This document shows, one piece after another, positions 12,926 to 25,875 of a DNA stretch of 64,000 nt. A program made the position numbers and the translations under genes. The stretch is from Octopus sinensis (Eukaryota): contig NC_043004.1 of NCBI RefSeq assembly GCF_006345805.1, forward strand, positions 33,356,001 to 33,420,000. The letters are read 5' to 3'. Every line of letters starts with the position of its first letter. The first letter of the stretch is position 1. The notes under the pieces were generated by a model. It did not search any database. It was not told the DNA's origin and was given only the letters and a program-made list of their open reading frames with translations.

Positions 12926-13056
12926 CTTCATAAACATCCAAAACCTTTCAAAACCATTCTCTTGTAACTTTCATTGCTGTACAAAGCCGTTTCTGTTTAC
13001 ATTCTTTAGAAGCAATTCTTTCATTCTGACCATTGTGTATATTCCAGATTAGTCTT
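12926..13056 (-). other. Candidate exon (131 nt) with stops in all frames: stop-containing, UTR or non-coding exon
   Basis: Acceptor ctctgtgtgtttgtag| and donor GAAG|gtgaga; the longest frame reads RLIWNIHNGQNERIASKECKQKRLCTAMKVTREWF*. Confidence 0.2.
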
Positions 13057-13775
13057 CTACAAACACACAGAGATGAATTATTAAACATACGAAACAGTGC
13101 CATTTCTACAATTATTCTCTTAATATCGCATACTTTGTTCCCTTTAAAAAATTCTTATCAGCATAATTGCTGACCATTGAAGGTATTTCTCTCTGAGGCA
13201 ATGCTTCCAAATGCTAACACATTACGTTATTTCCTTTTAACAAATTCATTATCTGCTTCAGTAGATTTTGCTGGGAAATAGTTGGCAGTTCCATAGAATA
13301 GTTTCCTATATTAGTTTTCATGTTTTAGCAGAACTAATATACATATTTTGATATGCTTCTTTGTAGAATATTAAATATTTATAGTTCCTCATGATAAATG
13401 AAGATGATTCATAAGTTTTATCCCAATATACTATTCAGAATGAATAATGCGAATGTACTAATCTGTATGTCTTTGTATAATTCCTGATTAATGCCTCCTT
13501 GCTAACATTTTGAACTGTTTTATACATAAATGTGCATATCTCTATATTGAATTTAAGCAGAATATCTGGGAAGTTAAGATGCTGAGTTATTTATCACTTG
13601 GTCATAAGTTCAAACCTTACTGTTACAGCTATTGTGTTATGTCCTGGGGGAGAAAGCATATAACTGCTTTCATTCAGCTGCCGGAGAACTATTAAAGAGA
13701 GAATATCCATGAAAATCCTCACAAACTTTAATACATACACACACACATATGCATATGTATATGTATGTATATATA

Positions 13776-13820
<45 letters not shown>

Positions 13821-13953
13821 TATATACATACATATACATATATATATATATACACATATACATATATATGTGTATGTATGTGTACATACATATATACATA
13901 TATGTATATATATATATGTATGTATATACATATATGTATATATATATATATAT

Positions 13954-14012
<59 letters not shown>

Positions 14013-14044
14013 CTATCTGTGTGTGTATGAATGTGTATATATAT

Positions 14045-14077
<33 letters not shown>

Positions 14078-14394
14078 CTAGAGCATAGAAACACTGAATG
14101 TCCACATTTTCTGTTTTCATGGGAAGTGCATTGACCTGGAAAGGGAGAAAAACTGATCCAAAAGTTAAGACAGTACAAATAAAATCTTTTACAACAACTT
14201 TCTGAAGTAAAAACTGGTAGCAGCAACAATAAAAAACTATAAAATAGGATTGAGTTGTATGAATGAAAAAAAATAACATCCTTATTTGAAAGTCAGAAGA
14301 TAACATACGTGTTGCCATCATCATCATAAACATTTCTCTGTAACTACTATTACACCACTTACATTATTGCATTATCATAGAGTATGGTATTCGT

Positions 14395-15290
14395 CTACTG
14401 GAGGAAGCAAATAGATTTGAATGAAACAGATGCCAGTACAGCACCAGGTTGATGAAGATGTGAATATTTTGTGTAGCTTTCTGTCAGACATAATAATGCT
14501 GGTGTCATGGAAAAAGCACCCAGTACACTCTGTAAAGTGGCTAGTGTTAAGGAGGGTATCCAACCTATTTCTTTACTACCCACAAGGGGTTAAACACAGA
14601 GAGGTCAAACAAGGACAGACAAACGGATTAAGTCGATTACATCGACCCCAGTGCATAACTGGTACTTATTTAATCAACCCCGAAAGGATGAAAGGCAAAG
14701 TTGACCTCGGCTGAATTTGAACTCAGAATGTAGCGGCAGACGAAATACCTATTTCTTTACTACCCACAAGGGGCTAAACACAGAGAGGACAAACAAGGAC
14801 AGACAAAGGGATTAAGTCGATTACATCGACCCCAGTGCGTAACTGGTACTTATTTAATCAACCCTGAAAGGACGAAAGGCAAAGTCGACCTCGGCGGAAT
14901 TTGAACTCAGAACGTAACGGCAGACGAAATACCTGTTTCTTTACTACCCACAAGGGGCTAAACACAGAGAGGACAAACAAGGACAGACAAACGGGTTAAG
15001 TCGATTATATCGACCCCAGTGCATAACTGGTACTTAATTTATCGACCCTGAAAGAATGAAAGGCAAAGTTGACCTCGGCGGAATTTGAACTCAGAACATA
15101 ACGGCAGACGAAATACGGCTACACATTTCGCCCGGTATGCCTTTCTATGGGTATCCAACCACAGAAACCATGCTAAAGCAGACAATTGGAGTCTGGTGCA
15201 GCCTTCCAGTCATGCCAGTTCCTGTCAAACTGTTCAACCAATGCAAGCATGGAAAACGTGCATTAATTGATGATGACAATGATGATGATG
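14395..15290 (+). mobile_element. RTE-like 3' end split by a SINE trimer
   Basis: aagcacccagtacactctgtaaagtgg...ggagggtatccaacc continues after the insertion as acagaaaccatgctaaagcagac...gcatggaaaacgtgcattaattgatgatga. Confidence 0.65.
14564..15140 (-). mobile_element. Head-to-tail trimer of SINE family A (184-bp unit) within a single TSD
   Basis: Units start at 14564, 14748 and 14932; the junction gaaatac|ctatttc (+ strand) recurs. The 12-bp direct repeat gggtatccaacc is at 14554-14565 and 15149-15160. Confidence 0.9.
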
Positions 15291-15906
15291 ATGTTGGTAC
15301 TCAAGTTGAGGATCTCTTGAAGGCTGAGGAAACTGCATATGAGATTTTATGGCAAAGAACCAAAGTTACTAAGATGGCAGCAGCATTTTGAGACTTTTGT
15401 AGGTGAGTGTTGAAACCTTTTCTGTATTCTTGTGTTCCTGTGTTCCTTGATATTGCATTGGTTGATAGATTTAAATAATCAGTTTAATTAGCAGAGTTGT
15501 TTGAGTGCAGGATAAAATGCCATGTGGTATTTCTTCCAGATCATTCGATTTCAATCTTGCTGTGACCAAATTTGTTTTCCATTCTTTTGGAATCAATACC
15601 ATAAGGTGATAAGCTGGCAGAATCGTTAGCATTCCAGGCAAAAGGCTTTTCAGCATTTCCTCCATATTTATATTTTGTGGTCAAGTTCTACCAAGATCGA
15701 TTTTGCCTTTCATCTTTCTGGGGTCGATAAAATGAGTTTCAGTTGAGCACAAGGGTCAATATAATCAGCTTACCCCTGCCCTGAAATTACTGGCCTTGTG
15801 CCAAAAATTTTAGTACCATTCCAAGGCAGGAGATTAATGGAAGTGTCAAAGCAACAGATTAAGTATCTTGTAATATTTGTTTTAGTTCTTTGAGTATTGA
15901 TTTCTA

Positions 15907-15950
15907 GTGGGGTGGGGATGGGAGTGGGGTGGGGATGGGAGTGGGGGTGG
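15907..15950 (+). other. G-quadruplex-forming motif
   Basis: (gtggggtggggatggga)x2 plus gtgggggtgg: seven runs of 3 or more G with 1-3 nt loops. Confidence 0.6.
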
Positions 15951-16669
15951 ATTCAGTCTGTCATCTGGTTTAACAGCTTCTCCACCTGGTCCCTTGGTGG
16001 GTTTAATGCACTTCACTGTATTGTAAGCTTTCAGAGCAGGGCCCCATTTTGAATGTAATTTCTTCCTCCTGTCCTCAACAGCTTTGGATGCCCAGGAAAA
16101 ATGAAGGAAAATTGTGGTTCCAGCTTTGACTAATTAAAGAAGAAAAAGAAAAGTGTTTAAGCTTGTAAAAATAATTAGTGTTGCTACAGTGAAGTCTTCT
16201 TAGTAAATGTTTAGGAAAAGAAAGAAAGCTGATGTAGCAGTCAGAAATAACTGATGATGCTCTTGGTTTGCCTGATGCTGTGACAGAAAGGAAACAATTT
16301 GTGATGCTGAGGATAAAACTATTTGTGTAAGTGATGAGCAAAGAAAAATAAATTTGGAATTTGGATCAATGGGATGTTATTGACAAGGTTAAAAGGGGTA
16401 TGATCTGTGATATGTGAAAAATTGTAACAACAACAACAGCAACAGCAACAGCAACAACAACAGCAACAAAAACAACAAAAACAACAACGACAACAACAAT
16501 AACAATAACAACAACAACAACAACAATAATAATCCTTTCTACTATAGGCACAAGGCATGAAATCTGGGGGAGGGGATAGTCAATTTCATCGACCCCAGTG
16601 TTTCACTGGTACTTAATTTATCGATCCCGAAAGGATGGAAAGCAAAGCCAACCTTGATGGAATTTGAAA

Positions 16670-17866
16670 GTAATAATAATAATCATTTCTTTTATTGGCC
16701 ACCAAGGCCCAAGACATGGAGTCTAAATTGAAGGATGAGGTACGGCACAAAAAAAAATTACAAAACCATCCATTCTGTTTCACCAGTCTTGCAACTGTCG
16801 ACCACCTTTTGATAAATGCATTGGAAGGCAGCACCTCAATCTCTACCCTCACCTTCCTCTTCAAATGATATTTGAGGAAACTGATAAGGGCTTGACCAGG
16901 TAGGAATGTGCCTGTCTTCAAAACTTTCAGGCAGGTTCACCACACAGCCTTTTTACCACAGCCACTCAGCAGAGAAGGTAGTGTGCATTGATCTTCACTA
17001 TACACTCAGCAGACAGCTTGTATTCATCTTACACGCAGCAACAGCTGCTCCACAACTCTCTAATGCAGAGACACTGAATTAGTGCATGCAGGATGGTTTC
17101 GTCCTCAGCAAGCATCTCAGGCAGGTTTGACTGTTGGCACTTCCATGCCTGAAGAGTTTGTCTTGAACAGGTATTGCCTCTCTGTAGCACTGCCCAAGAC
17201 AAAAACTTAGACTGCACTCGTTGATGCCTAGATTCAATCCTAGGCCATCATCACTTATACCCTCAACCAGTCCCCTACAGAAATCTTGGGTTGTTTCCTG
17301 CTAACAGTTTTGGGCAGCTGGTGCAATGCAGTGAGTGCCTGGCATCATTCTAGAAGCTAAACACCCAACCTTGGTCTACGTTTGACCCATGACTGCAGCT
17401 CTGCCAATGAGATGATCTGTCGAAAGATGTGTCACACAAAAGATGCCCACACCAGTTCACCCTTATTTTTGATATCGTTGTCATCATCCATATCATCTTA
17501 GATATTTCTGTAGGTGTGACAGCCTCAAAGCATCATTAAGGATAGCTTCCCAAAACCACTACGGTGTGGGTGTTGGCAGCAGATGGATTTTCTGACCAGT
17601 GTAATCTGACCCTTCCACAGGAATTGGAAAAGCAGGTGCTCTAATCTGGTCAGAGTTTTCTTAGGACAAGTTACGATGGCTAGGCGGTGGTACAATACTG
17701 AGGCAATATATGCATTCACTACTTCCATCCGGCCTTTCAGGGACAATTTCCTTTCTGCCCATTTCTGGGTGAGCTTGGCCACTCTAGTTATGACCTCTTC
17801 TCAGTTCCTATCTACCTGGAAGTCTGGTCCAAACCAGACTCCAAGCACTTTCCCCAAGCACTGGTT
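16670..17866 (-). mobile_element. Tx1/L1-clade LINE 3' remnant
   Basis: Minus ORF MAKLTQKWAERKLSLKGRMEVVNAYIASVLYHRL...LFQFLWKG...HPHRSGFG (post-RT region), DETILHALIQC (zinc-knuckle remnant) and LKRKVRVEIEVL..AFIKRW; ends in ggccaataaaagaaatg(att)n. Confidence 0.85.
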
Positions 17867-18410
17867 CTCATGGCTTCTGATCTTAACTGATTGGAAGTGT
17901 TATCATGTACATAGTTTTGTTTTGGTATAAAAGATGGGCTACAGCAAATATTCTGCTCAACACCACAGATTTGCTTGTCAGTTGTTTGACCTTAACCAGT
18001 TGATCATGTCCATTGGTGGTTGATGAAATGTGCATCTCTGATCATGAGCAGAAGTAGTGGGGGAGCATCATAGCCTTGTGTTGAGAGGAATTCTTTGGGG
18101 TTTGGATAATTCACCTCTGGAAACATGGGTGTTTTGTTCAACATCTTTAAACAACCCTATTTCAGGGACCTTTTGAGCAGGATGGGCCACTCGACCTGAA
18201 GAAAATTTTAACTGGACCACACCTACAAGGTCATGCACTGTTTCTCTTGATATGAGATCACCATGTCATGCACATATGGTTGTGTTGCATGTGCCTGATG
18301 TACCCTTGTCAGATGGGTAATCATGATGGGTATACTGGGATTCGTATATTTTACCCCAGTGTCACTTTGATGGTGTGCACTACTCTCTCACTCAATAATA
18401 ATAATGCCCC
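17867..18410 (+). mobile_element. About 550-bp dispersed repeat ending in (AAT)n (family D)
   Basis: Highly similar to 44620-45054 (-), 61150-61660 (+) and 61664-62225 (+); all end with a ctctctcact(c/g)aataataat terminus. Confidence 0.85.
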
Positions 18411-19912
18411 ATAGCCATCAATAGTTTGTTGCGTTGGTATTAAGAATTTTGCCTTCATGTAGGAATAGATCGATCCAACAGACATCAAGACCTTTCCAGG
18501 ATTCTGATCTTGAGTGAAAATAACAGATACAAAAATGTAAGACAAGTGAAGCATTTTTATTAGAAACTGAACTGCATGCCTAACAAGACTAAGTTTTCCC
18601 CCCAAAATGTTGATAGGGGTGTAAAAATTGATAGCTGCAACTCTTCAAGGAAACAATAGAACATTCTTTATGAAAAGGTTCATTAAGAGATTGTATGAGC
18701 TCTATAATTACAAGTTTAGTTTCAGAAACCTTCTAATTGGACAAGATTATAAAGATAACAGACATTCTAATGGCATAAATAGCTCAAGGAAGAAGCTGTA
18801 AGAGCATTGGGAGAAAAAATCATCAAGAATGCTAATAAAGTTAGAGTTTTGGAAATATTTGAAGCTCAATGCATTTTAGCTGTTACCAAAATAATTTTCT
18901 TGAAAAGGAGTCCATCCAAATTTAGCAGCACCACTTCTAAAGAACTCAGCAGAAGAGACTTTTAAAATTATGAATAATTATCTTGATTAATTATTATGTA
19001 AAACAAAAGAAAAATTTTCATTCAACTGAGGAAGAAAGATTAAAAGGAAAAAACTCCTTATCCAACTGAAAAAAAAAATGCTTAAGAAAATGGGAAACAT
19101 CTGAAAATGTTTTGAACATCAGATATCTGGTGGAAATGTAATTAAAGTGCGAAGGGAATAACTAGGGACTCAATATCGTGGAGCCAAAACCAATGGTTGG
19201 TACTTGAAAAGAAGACTGGCCAACTTACAAAAAGAGGTGGAAAGGTCAGACATCAAGATGTTGAAGCTTATAACCAGCATGACTCATGAATGGGACAAGT
19301 AAAGAGTGATTTATTCCTCCATGGCCAACTGTACTGTGTCAGCATAGAAAAAAATGACTATTTCGCCATGATTTTCATGAGTCATCATACAACCATACAC
19401 ACATATATGCACATAGACAAATACACACAAATATATATATATATATATATAGATCAATCCCAATGCATATTTTTTCTCTTTCCATTTTTGCCTCTCATTC
19501 CTTTCCATCGAAGAGTATTCTCAAAATGTCAATGACTTTTCCACTTTTACCAAGTGTCAAACTAATACACCTGCCTGTTGTTACCTCACCTGTCTTTGTT
19601 TTTTGTTTTCTGTACATATTGTTGATGCCAGTACCGCCTGACTGACACTTGTGCTAGTGGTATGTAAATAGCTCCATTCTAGCATGGCTGGTGCCAGTGC
19701 TGCCTGACTGGCTCCCATACTGGTGGCATGTAAAAAGCACCCACTACAATCTCAGAGTGGTTGGCGTTAGGAAAGGCATCCAGCTGTAGAAACTCTGCCA
19801 CATCAGATTGGAGCCTGGTGCAGCCATCTGGTTTGCCAGACCTCAGTCAAACCATTCAACCCATGCCAGCATGGAAAGCAGACGTTAAACGATGATGATG
19901 ATATATATATAT

Positions 19913-20098
19913 ATAACAAATTAATAAATAAAACATATGCATATATGTACGTACCTACATCTACATGTATATATACATGCATATATGGGTACAGGAAACC
20001 AAAAAAACGTCGAACACAATGAGAAACAAAAACATAACACAAAACCAAGGAAATGGACATATATGTATATATGCATGTTTTATTTATTAATTTGTTAT
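19913..20098. repeat. 24-bp perfect inverted repeat flanking a short repeat fragment
   Basis: ataacaaattaataaataaaacat (19913-19936) is the reverse complement of 20075-20098. Confidence 0.75.
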
Positions 20099-20208
20099 TA
20101 CACAACAGAACGCACGCATCCATTTCTAAGTAAGTTTGTTCTATATATATATATATATATGTGTACATGTCTCGTATATATATATATATATAATATATAT
20201 ATATTCTA

Positions 20209-20240
<32 letters not shown>

Positions 20241-20416
20241 TTGAAAGTCTATGAGAATTACTTAATACACCTTTTGAAGTGTACAGGTGACTTTTTAAAA
20301 AAATTACATCCAAAAAGAAAATGTTATGAAATTTATTTTAAGGATCTTACTAACCTTTTGGGGAAGAAGTTTTTTTCTAGTGTGTGAGTGCTTTCGTTTA
20401 ACCTTTTCAAACACAG

Positions 20417-20466
<50 letters not shown>

Positions 20467-20509
20467 GCATAATATAGAAAGAAGAGATGTATTCCCATGC
20501 AGGAAAAAA

Positions 20510-20600
20510 TATAGGAGAATTTGTTTAAGGGTTTAAAAGTGCACCTGAATTTGTACTAAATTCAGGTGCATTTGCAAACCCCCAAACAAATTCCCCTATA
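20510..20600. repeat. 91-bp hairpin / tiny fold-back element adjacent to TA repeats
   Basis: 43-nt arms at 20510-20552 and 20558-20600 with 37/43 complementary positions; 5-nt loop gtact. Confidence 0.85.
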
Positions 20601-20866
20601 TATATAATATATATCATCATCATGATCATCATCTTTTAATGTCTGGTTTCCATGCTGGCATGGGTTGGATGGTTTGACATGGAACTGACTAGCACGGAGC
20701 TATCCAGACACCAATTGCCTGTTGTGGCATGGTTCCTATGGTTGGATGCCCTTCCTAATGCCAACCACTTTACAGAGTGTACTTGGTGCTTTTTATGTGC
20801 CACTGGCGTCATTGTTGCAATGTAGCACTGGCACGGGTGCTTTTCCTGTGACACCAGCACCTAGAG

Positions 20867-21425
20867 GTAAGACAAAATTTTTCATGTATGTTGCACTCAC
20901 ACATCTTTGCCAGTATATACACAGTGAAGCTTTACTGTAGCATCATAAATGTATTGACTGCTATTTCCAGTAAATATTGGCGCCTCGTTGTACCACTTTT
21001 CTATATTTATACTTCTACCTTTTCGGTGCTTTATTTTACTGGAAAGGAATACATTTGTATTGCAATATTTTATTTTTCATTGAAAACTTCTTCACTGTTC
21101 TCGGTCTGTTAGCGGCTAAGCATTCAGGTGAGTATACTGGCATTGATGTAGCAACATTTGAAATATTGTCCAGGTAAATCCAGCTGATGAAGACTAATTA
21201 ATTTTACGTTGACATACATATTTGAAGAGTTCGAAACCTAGGTACTGGATTATCTGATTCTAGGTTATCCATTTATCTAATGTTCTTTCTAGGTGTAAGA
21301 CAAAATTTTTCATGTTTGTTGCACCCTCACATCTTTGCCAGTATATAGGCAGTGAAGCATTAATGTAGCATCATAAATGTATTGACTGCTATTTCCAGTA
21401 AATATTGGTGCCTTGTTGCACCACT
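20867..21425 (+). mobile_element. Partial tandem repeat (428-bp period, 131-bp direct repeats) carrying a hammerhead motif; Penelope pLTR or retrozyme-like
   Basis: 20867-20997 is repeated at 21295-21425 (gtaagacaaaatttttcatg...accact) with several substitutions; the HHR lies between the repeats. Confidence 0.7.
21177..21251 (+). ncRNA. Type I hammerhead ribozyme motif (near-canonical)
   Basis: aatccag-CTGATGA-a-gact...agttc-GAAA-c-ctag-g-TA-ctggatt: 7-bp helix I, imperfect helix II, palindromic helix III CCTAGG and a GUA cleavage triplet. Confidence 0.7.
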
Positions 21426-21556
21426 ACTCTCTCTCTCTGTATATATATAATAATAATAATAATTATTATTATTATTTGAGGGAATATTATTCCTAACTTA
21501 CGGAGAAAAATTAAATTTAGAAATACTAAATCAAATTTCACAAAATATAATATAAT

Positions 21557-21597
<41 letters not shown>

Positions 21598-21675
21598 GAT
21601 ATATATATATATTATATATATATATATATATATTATAATATAATAAATATAATATATTTATAATATATATATATA

Positions 21676-21723
<48 letters not shown>

Positions 21724-22659
21724 TCAGACAGACAGATAGATATAAGAATATACATACATATGTATTAACGCATGTGTGTGTGTGTGTGCATGCATTTATT
21801 TATATGACCAAAATCTCGTTGCTAGATATATATTTACTTCACAAAAGGTTAGATTAAATTCTTTCTTTAAATAAAATACTTTCCTAGAATTTATTTCACT
21901 GAATTTTCAAGTAAAAACTAAATCTAATCTAAAAATACAACTTTTAGCTGCTATTAGAAACTGAACGTTAAAAATAATCAAGTTTTGGAACTTAGAGGAG
22001 AAAAACAGGATTTATCTTAGTTCCAACGAATTCTCGACCTGTATTAAAATAAATCTGACATGTTTCAATGGATCAGAGAAAAAGTTTGCTTTCTAGTTTA
22101 TAAATCAGTCAACATTAAACTGATGTTTGAAGAAATCCTCTCACTCATACAACCATTGCATTATTCCTTAAATTCTTTAGTTTTTCCTTTTCTTTAAAAA
22201 TAATATTGTTTTTTTTTATTGTCATGAATTAAAAATGTCACAGAAAAATAAATTTTATATTTGAAGTCTTTTTAACTATGAAGTGCCTAATTAAATTAGT
22301 ATTTTTTCCCTTTTTTTTTTTTTGACGAGAATTTAGATTTAAATTTTTGTGTATTTCTAAAGATGTTTCTCTTAATTTCGTGTTCTTTTTCATAAAACAG
22401 TTAATTACTTCAGAATACTTGATTGCTGTTAAAGACAAAAGGAAACAAGAATTAGATGAATGGTTCTACTTAAAGTTTGACCAACTAGAAAATGTAGAAG
22501 TTTACATATTTTCATAACTTATAATTAAGTATTATCAGATTGACGACCATATGTTTATTGTGAAAACGATGCATTTAACTTCATGTGATCCTTCACAGCT
22601 ATTACAAGGCAGATAAGCATTTCTTCATATTTCAAACGAGGATTAGATTCTTTTATTTT

Positions 22660-23040
22660 TTTTATTCTTTTACTTGTTTCAGTCATTAGACTGTGGCCAT
22701 GCTGGTGCAATGCCTTGAAGAATTTTAGTCAAATAATTGGATCCCTTTACTTAATTTCAAACCTGGTACATATTCTATTGGTCTCTTTGGTCAAATTGGT
22801 AAGTTACAGGGACTTAAACACAAAACACTCCAGCGACGGTTGTTAAGTGGTTGGGGGGTAAACAACCCCCATGCACACATATGATGGGTTTCTTTCAGTT
22901 TCCACTTACCAAATACACTGATAAGGCTTTGCTTGGCCTGAGGCTATAGTAAAAGACACTTGTCCAAAGTACCATGTAGCGGAACTGAACATAGGACCAT
23001 GTTGTTGGAAAGCAATCTTCTGGCCACACAGCCATGCCTG
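22660..23040 (-). mobile_element. SINE family B, diverged
   Basis: Reverse complement of the family B head and tail (tactttggacaagtgtc; ccagcatggccacagtctaatgactgaaacaag). Confidence 0.6.
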
Positions 23041-23409
23041 TGCCTAGGTATTTAAAATTTCATAAATCCTGTCCTCCTGGGGTACAAATCTGCACACACA
23101 ATCACTCGTTGACCATTAAAGACTTGCATTCTTCCAGTTTTACTTCTGTCGGTTGTAACCCCTTTGTGTTTGTTGTGCATGTTACCAAAACCTGAAATTG
23201 GTCAAGAAACAAGTGTAATTTCTCTAAAACCAACCCATCTATCTTATAAAAAGAATAAACCATGCCTGATGAGAAAAAAGGACATGATTGTCAAAGGTAA
23301 AATGTCCTTAATCCTAAGTCTGTTGGATTAGGATTAACTTTGGGCCAAACAACAAATACACTGTACACACTGTCAAACTTGATAGAATGTTTACTGGAGT
23401 CAGTGTAAT

Positions 23410-23556
23410 GAAATAAAGTAGCTTGCTTACAAATCACATGGTTCTGGGTTCAGTCCCACTGCATGGCACCTTGGGCAAGTGTCTTCTACTATAGCCTCGG
23501 GCTGACCAAAGACTTGTGAGTGGAATTGGTAGATGGAAACTGAATGAATCCCATCG

Positions 23557-23623
<67 letters not shown>

Positions 23624-23880
23624 TAGATATACATATATATATATATATGTGTGTGTATATTTTTATGTGTCTGTCTTTGTCCCCTCCCCCCAACATCGCT
23701 TGATAACTGATGCTGGTGTGTTTACATCCCCGTAACTTAGCAGTTCAGCAAAAGGGTCCGATAGAATAAGTACTAAGCTTACAAAGAATAAGTCCTGGGG
23801 TCGATTTGCTCGACTAATGGCGGTGCTCTAACATGGCCGCAGTCAAATGACTGAAACAAGTTAAAGAATAAAAGTAAAAG
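23410..23880 (+). mobile_element. SINE family B, near full length with internal (TA)n
   Basis: tagcttgcttac...ggttcagtcccactgcatggcaccttgggcaagtgtc...catggccgcagtcaaatgactgaaacaag. Other copies are at 24830-25245 and 50610-51005. Confidence 0.85.
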
Positions 23881-24996
23881 AATTATTCATTATTGAACAG
23901 GTGTCCAGCTCCGTTTCTGTATAGATTTAATTAATCTTTAGGAAATTTGAATTCTAACTCATTGAGGAACATTTTCCAGGGAAAGAAGCCTTATATAATT
24001 TTCGTTTACATTTTACCCAAACCCTAACTTTTTTTTATTTTGTGGAGAGCACTTTATTTGTCCCTTCCACTGGTCCAATGTTCCTTGTCTTTTCAAGATT
24101 ATATTAATAAGAATTTCTTCATTTCTATATTTGCGAGAAGAGAAAGCGCATTTTAGTTCCCCAAAGATGATATAATCACACATTCATAAACATCCAATTC
24201 TCTGAGGAATTAAAATGTATATTTGTCTTTCTCTTGTGGGAAAATAAAGGAATCCTTAATAATATTTGGAAGAAAGTAGAAACATTATACTGATAACAGA
24301 GAAGAATCAAAATACTCTTTTATAAAGTAAACAAAGACTAAGTCTTGTTAGAAATACAAGAAGGGTTTTATATTAAGTTTTGTTTCCTTCTGAGGCGGGG
24401 GTCCCTCAGTGAGGTAAAACCCTCACTTCATACAGATTATGTGTGTGTGATTGAGTCTGTGTTTGTTAGCACACACACACAAACACATACACACATGCAT
24501 ACACACACACACACATAGCCTAGTGGTTAGATGCTGTGCTCACAGTCATAGTTCATAGTTCAATTCCTGGAACAGGTAGTGCCTTGTGTTCTTGAACATG
24601 ACACTTCATTTTATGCTGCTCTGCAATTACTTTGAGATGTGATGTGTGGTACATTACGCACCTGTACAGGTAACATCACACAAACATTTGATCACTATAA
24701 ACAAATCATTTGTGCAGATCGTTCAGCAAAAATTGAACAAGTCATATGTCGTCTTCAGCAGGAGATTCCTTCATATATATGCATGTAAAGGAATATAAAC
24801 ATGTGTTTGAAATTAACATCTATTTTCCATCTATAGGCGCATGAGTAGCTGTGTGGTTAGTAGCTTGCTTACCAACCACATGGTTTCGGTTTCATTCCTA
24901 CTGCGTGGCACCTTGGGCAAGTGTCTTCTACTATAGCCTCGAGCTGACCAAAGCCTTGTGAGTGGATTTGGTAAATGGAAACAGGAAGAAGCCCGT

Positions 24997-25035
<39 letters not shown>

Positions 25036-25584
25036 TTATGTGTTTGTGTCTGTCTCCCCAACATCGCTTGAGAACTGATGGTGGTGTGTTTATGTCCCCC
25101 CATAACTTAGCGGTTCGGCAAAAGACACCGATAGAATAAGTACTAGGCTTACAAAGAATAAGTCATGGGGTCGATTTGCTCGACTAAAGGCGGTGCTCCA
25201 GCTTGGCCACAGTCAAATGACTGAAACAAGTAAAAGAGTAAAAGAGTTACCAAGGTGAATTTAACATGTATTTTCCATGTATTTAACATGTATTTTTCTG
25301 GCATGGATCAAACAAAAGTATGAGGGTGTAACTTTCCACAGCCAAATGGTAATCCTGATGGCAATCCTCATCTATTTTCATTTGAAGTAATATTCTTCCA
25401 GTCTATCGAAAAATAAATAGTCTTGACATGGTTCCGTGGGGGACTAGAAACAAATGGCATAGTCTGCATTAACAGTGAGGCCATTGCTTTTACAATCACT
25501 AAACTCATGTAAAGATGAAGGGAAATACAAACTCATATATATGCATGCATGCATACATACCTACATACACACATACATACATAA

Positions 25585-25669
<85 letters not shown>

Positions 25670-25672
<3 letters not shown>

Positions 25673-25875
25673 AGAGTTTACAAAAAAAAACAAAAGAAGA
25701 AAACAGGTGGTGTACAAAACAAACAGATGTATTAGTATAACGCTCAGGAATAGAAAAAGATTTTTACATTTTGAGCCTATGCTCTTCTACAGAAAGAGAC
25801 ACAGAAAATAACAAGTAGAGAAATAAGGAGAGAAAAAAAATGTGTCTAGTGACTAACGATCTATCATAGCGACTG
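25670..25875 (-). mobile_element. Penelope-like pLTR fragment with a degenerate minimal hammerhead (25761-25796)
   Basis: Minus strand cttt-CTGTAGA-a-gagc-atag-gctc-AAAA-tgta-aaaa; homologous to 28860-29050 (+) and 48480-48640 (+); abuts (TA)n. Confidence 0.5.

Noticed and set aside
16250-16300. CTGATGA...GAAA hammerhead-like text (also 5602, 23266, 50534, 18197, 61436)
   Set aside because: No complementary helices I/II and no correctly placed UH site.
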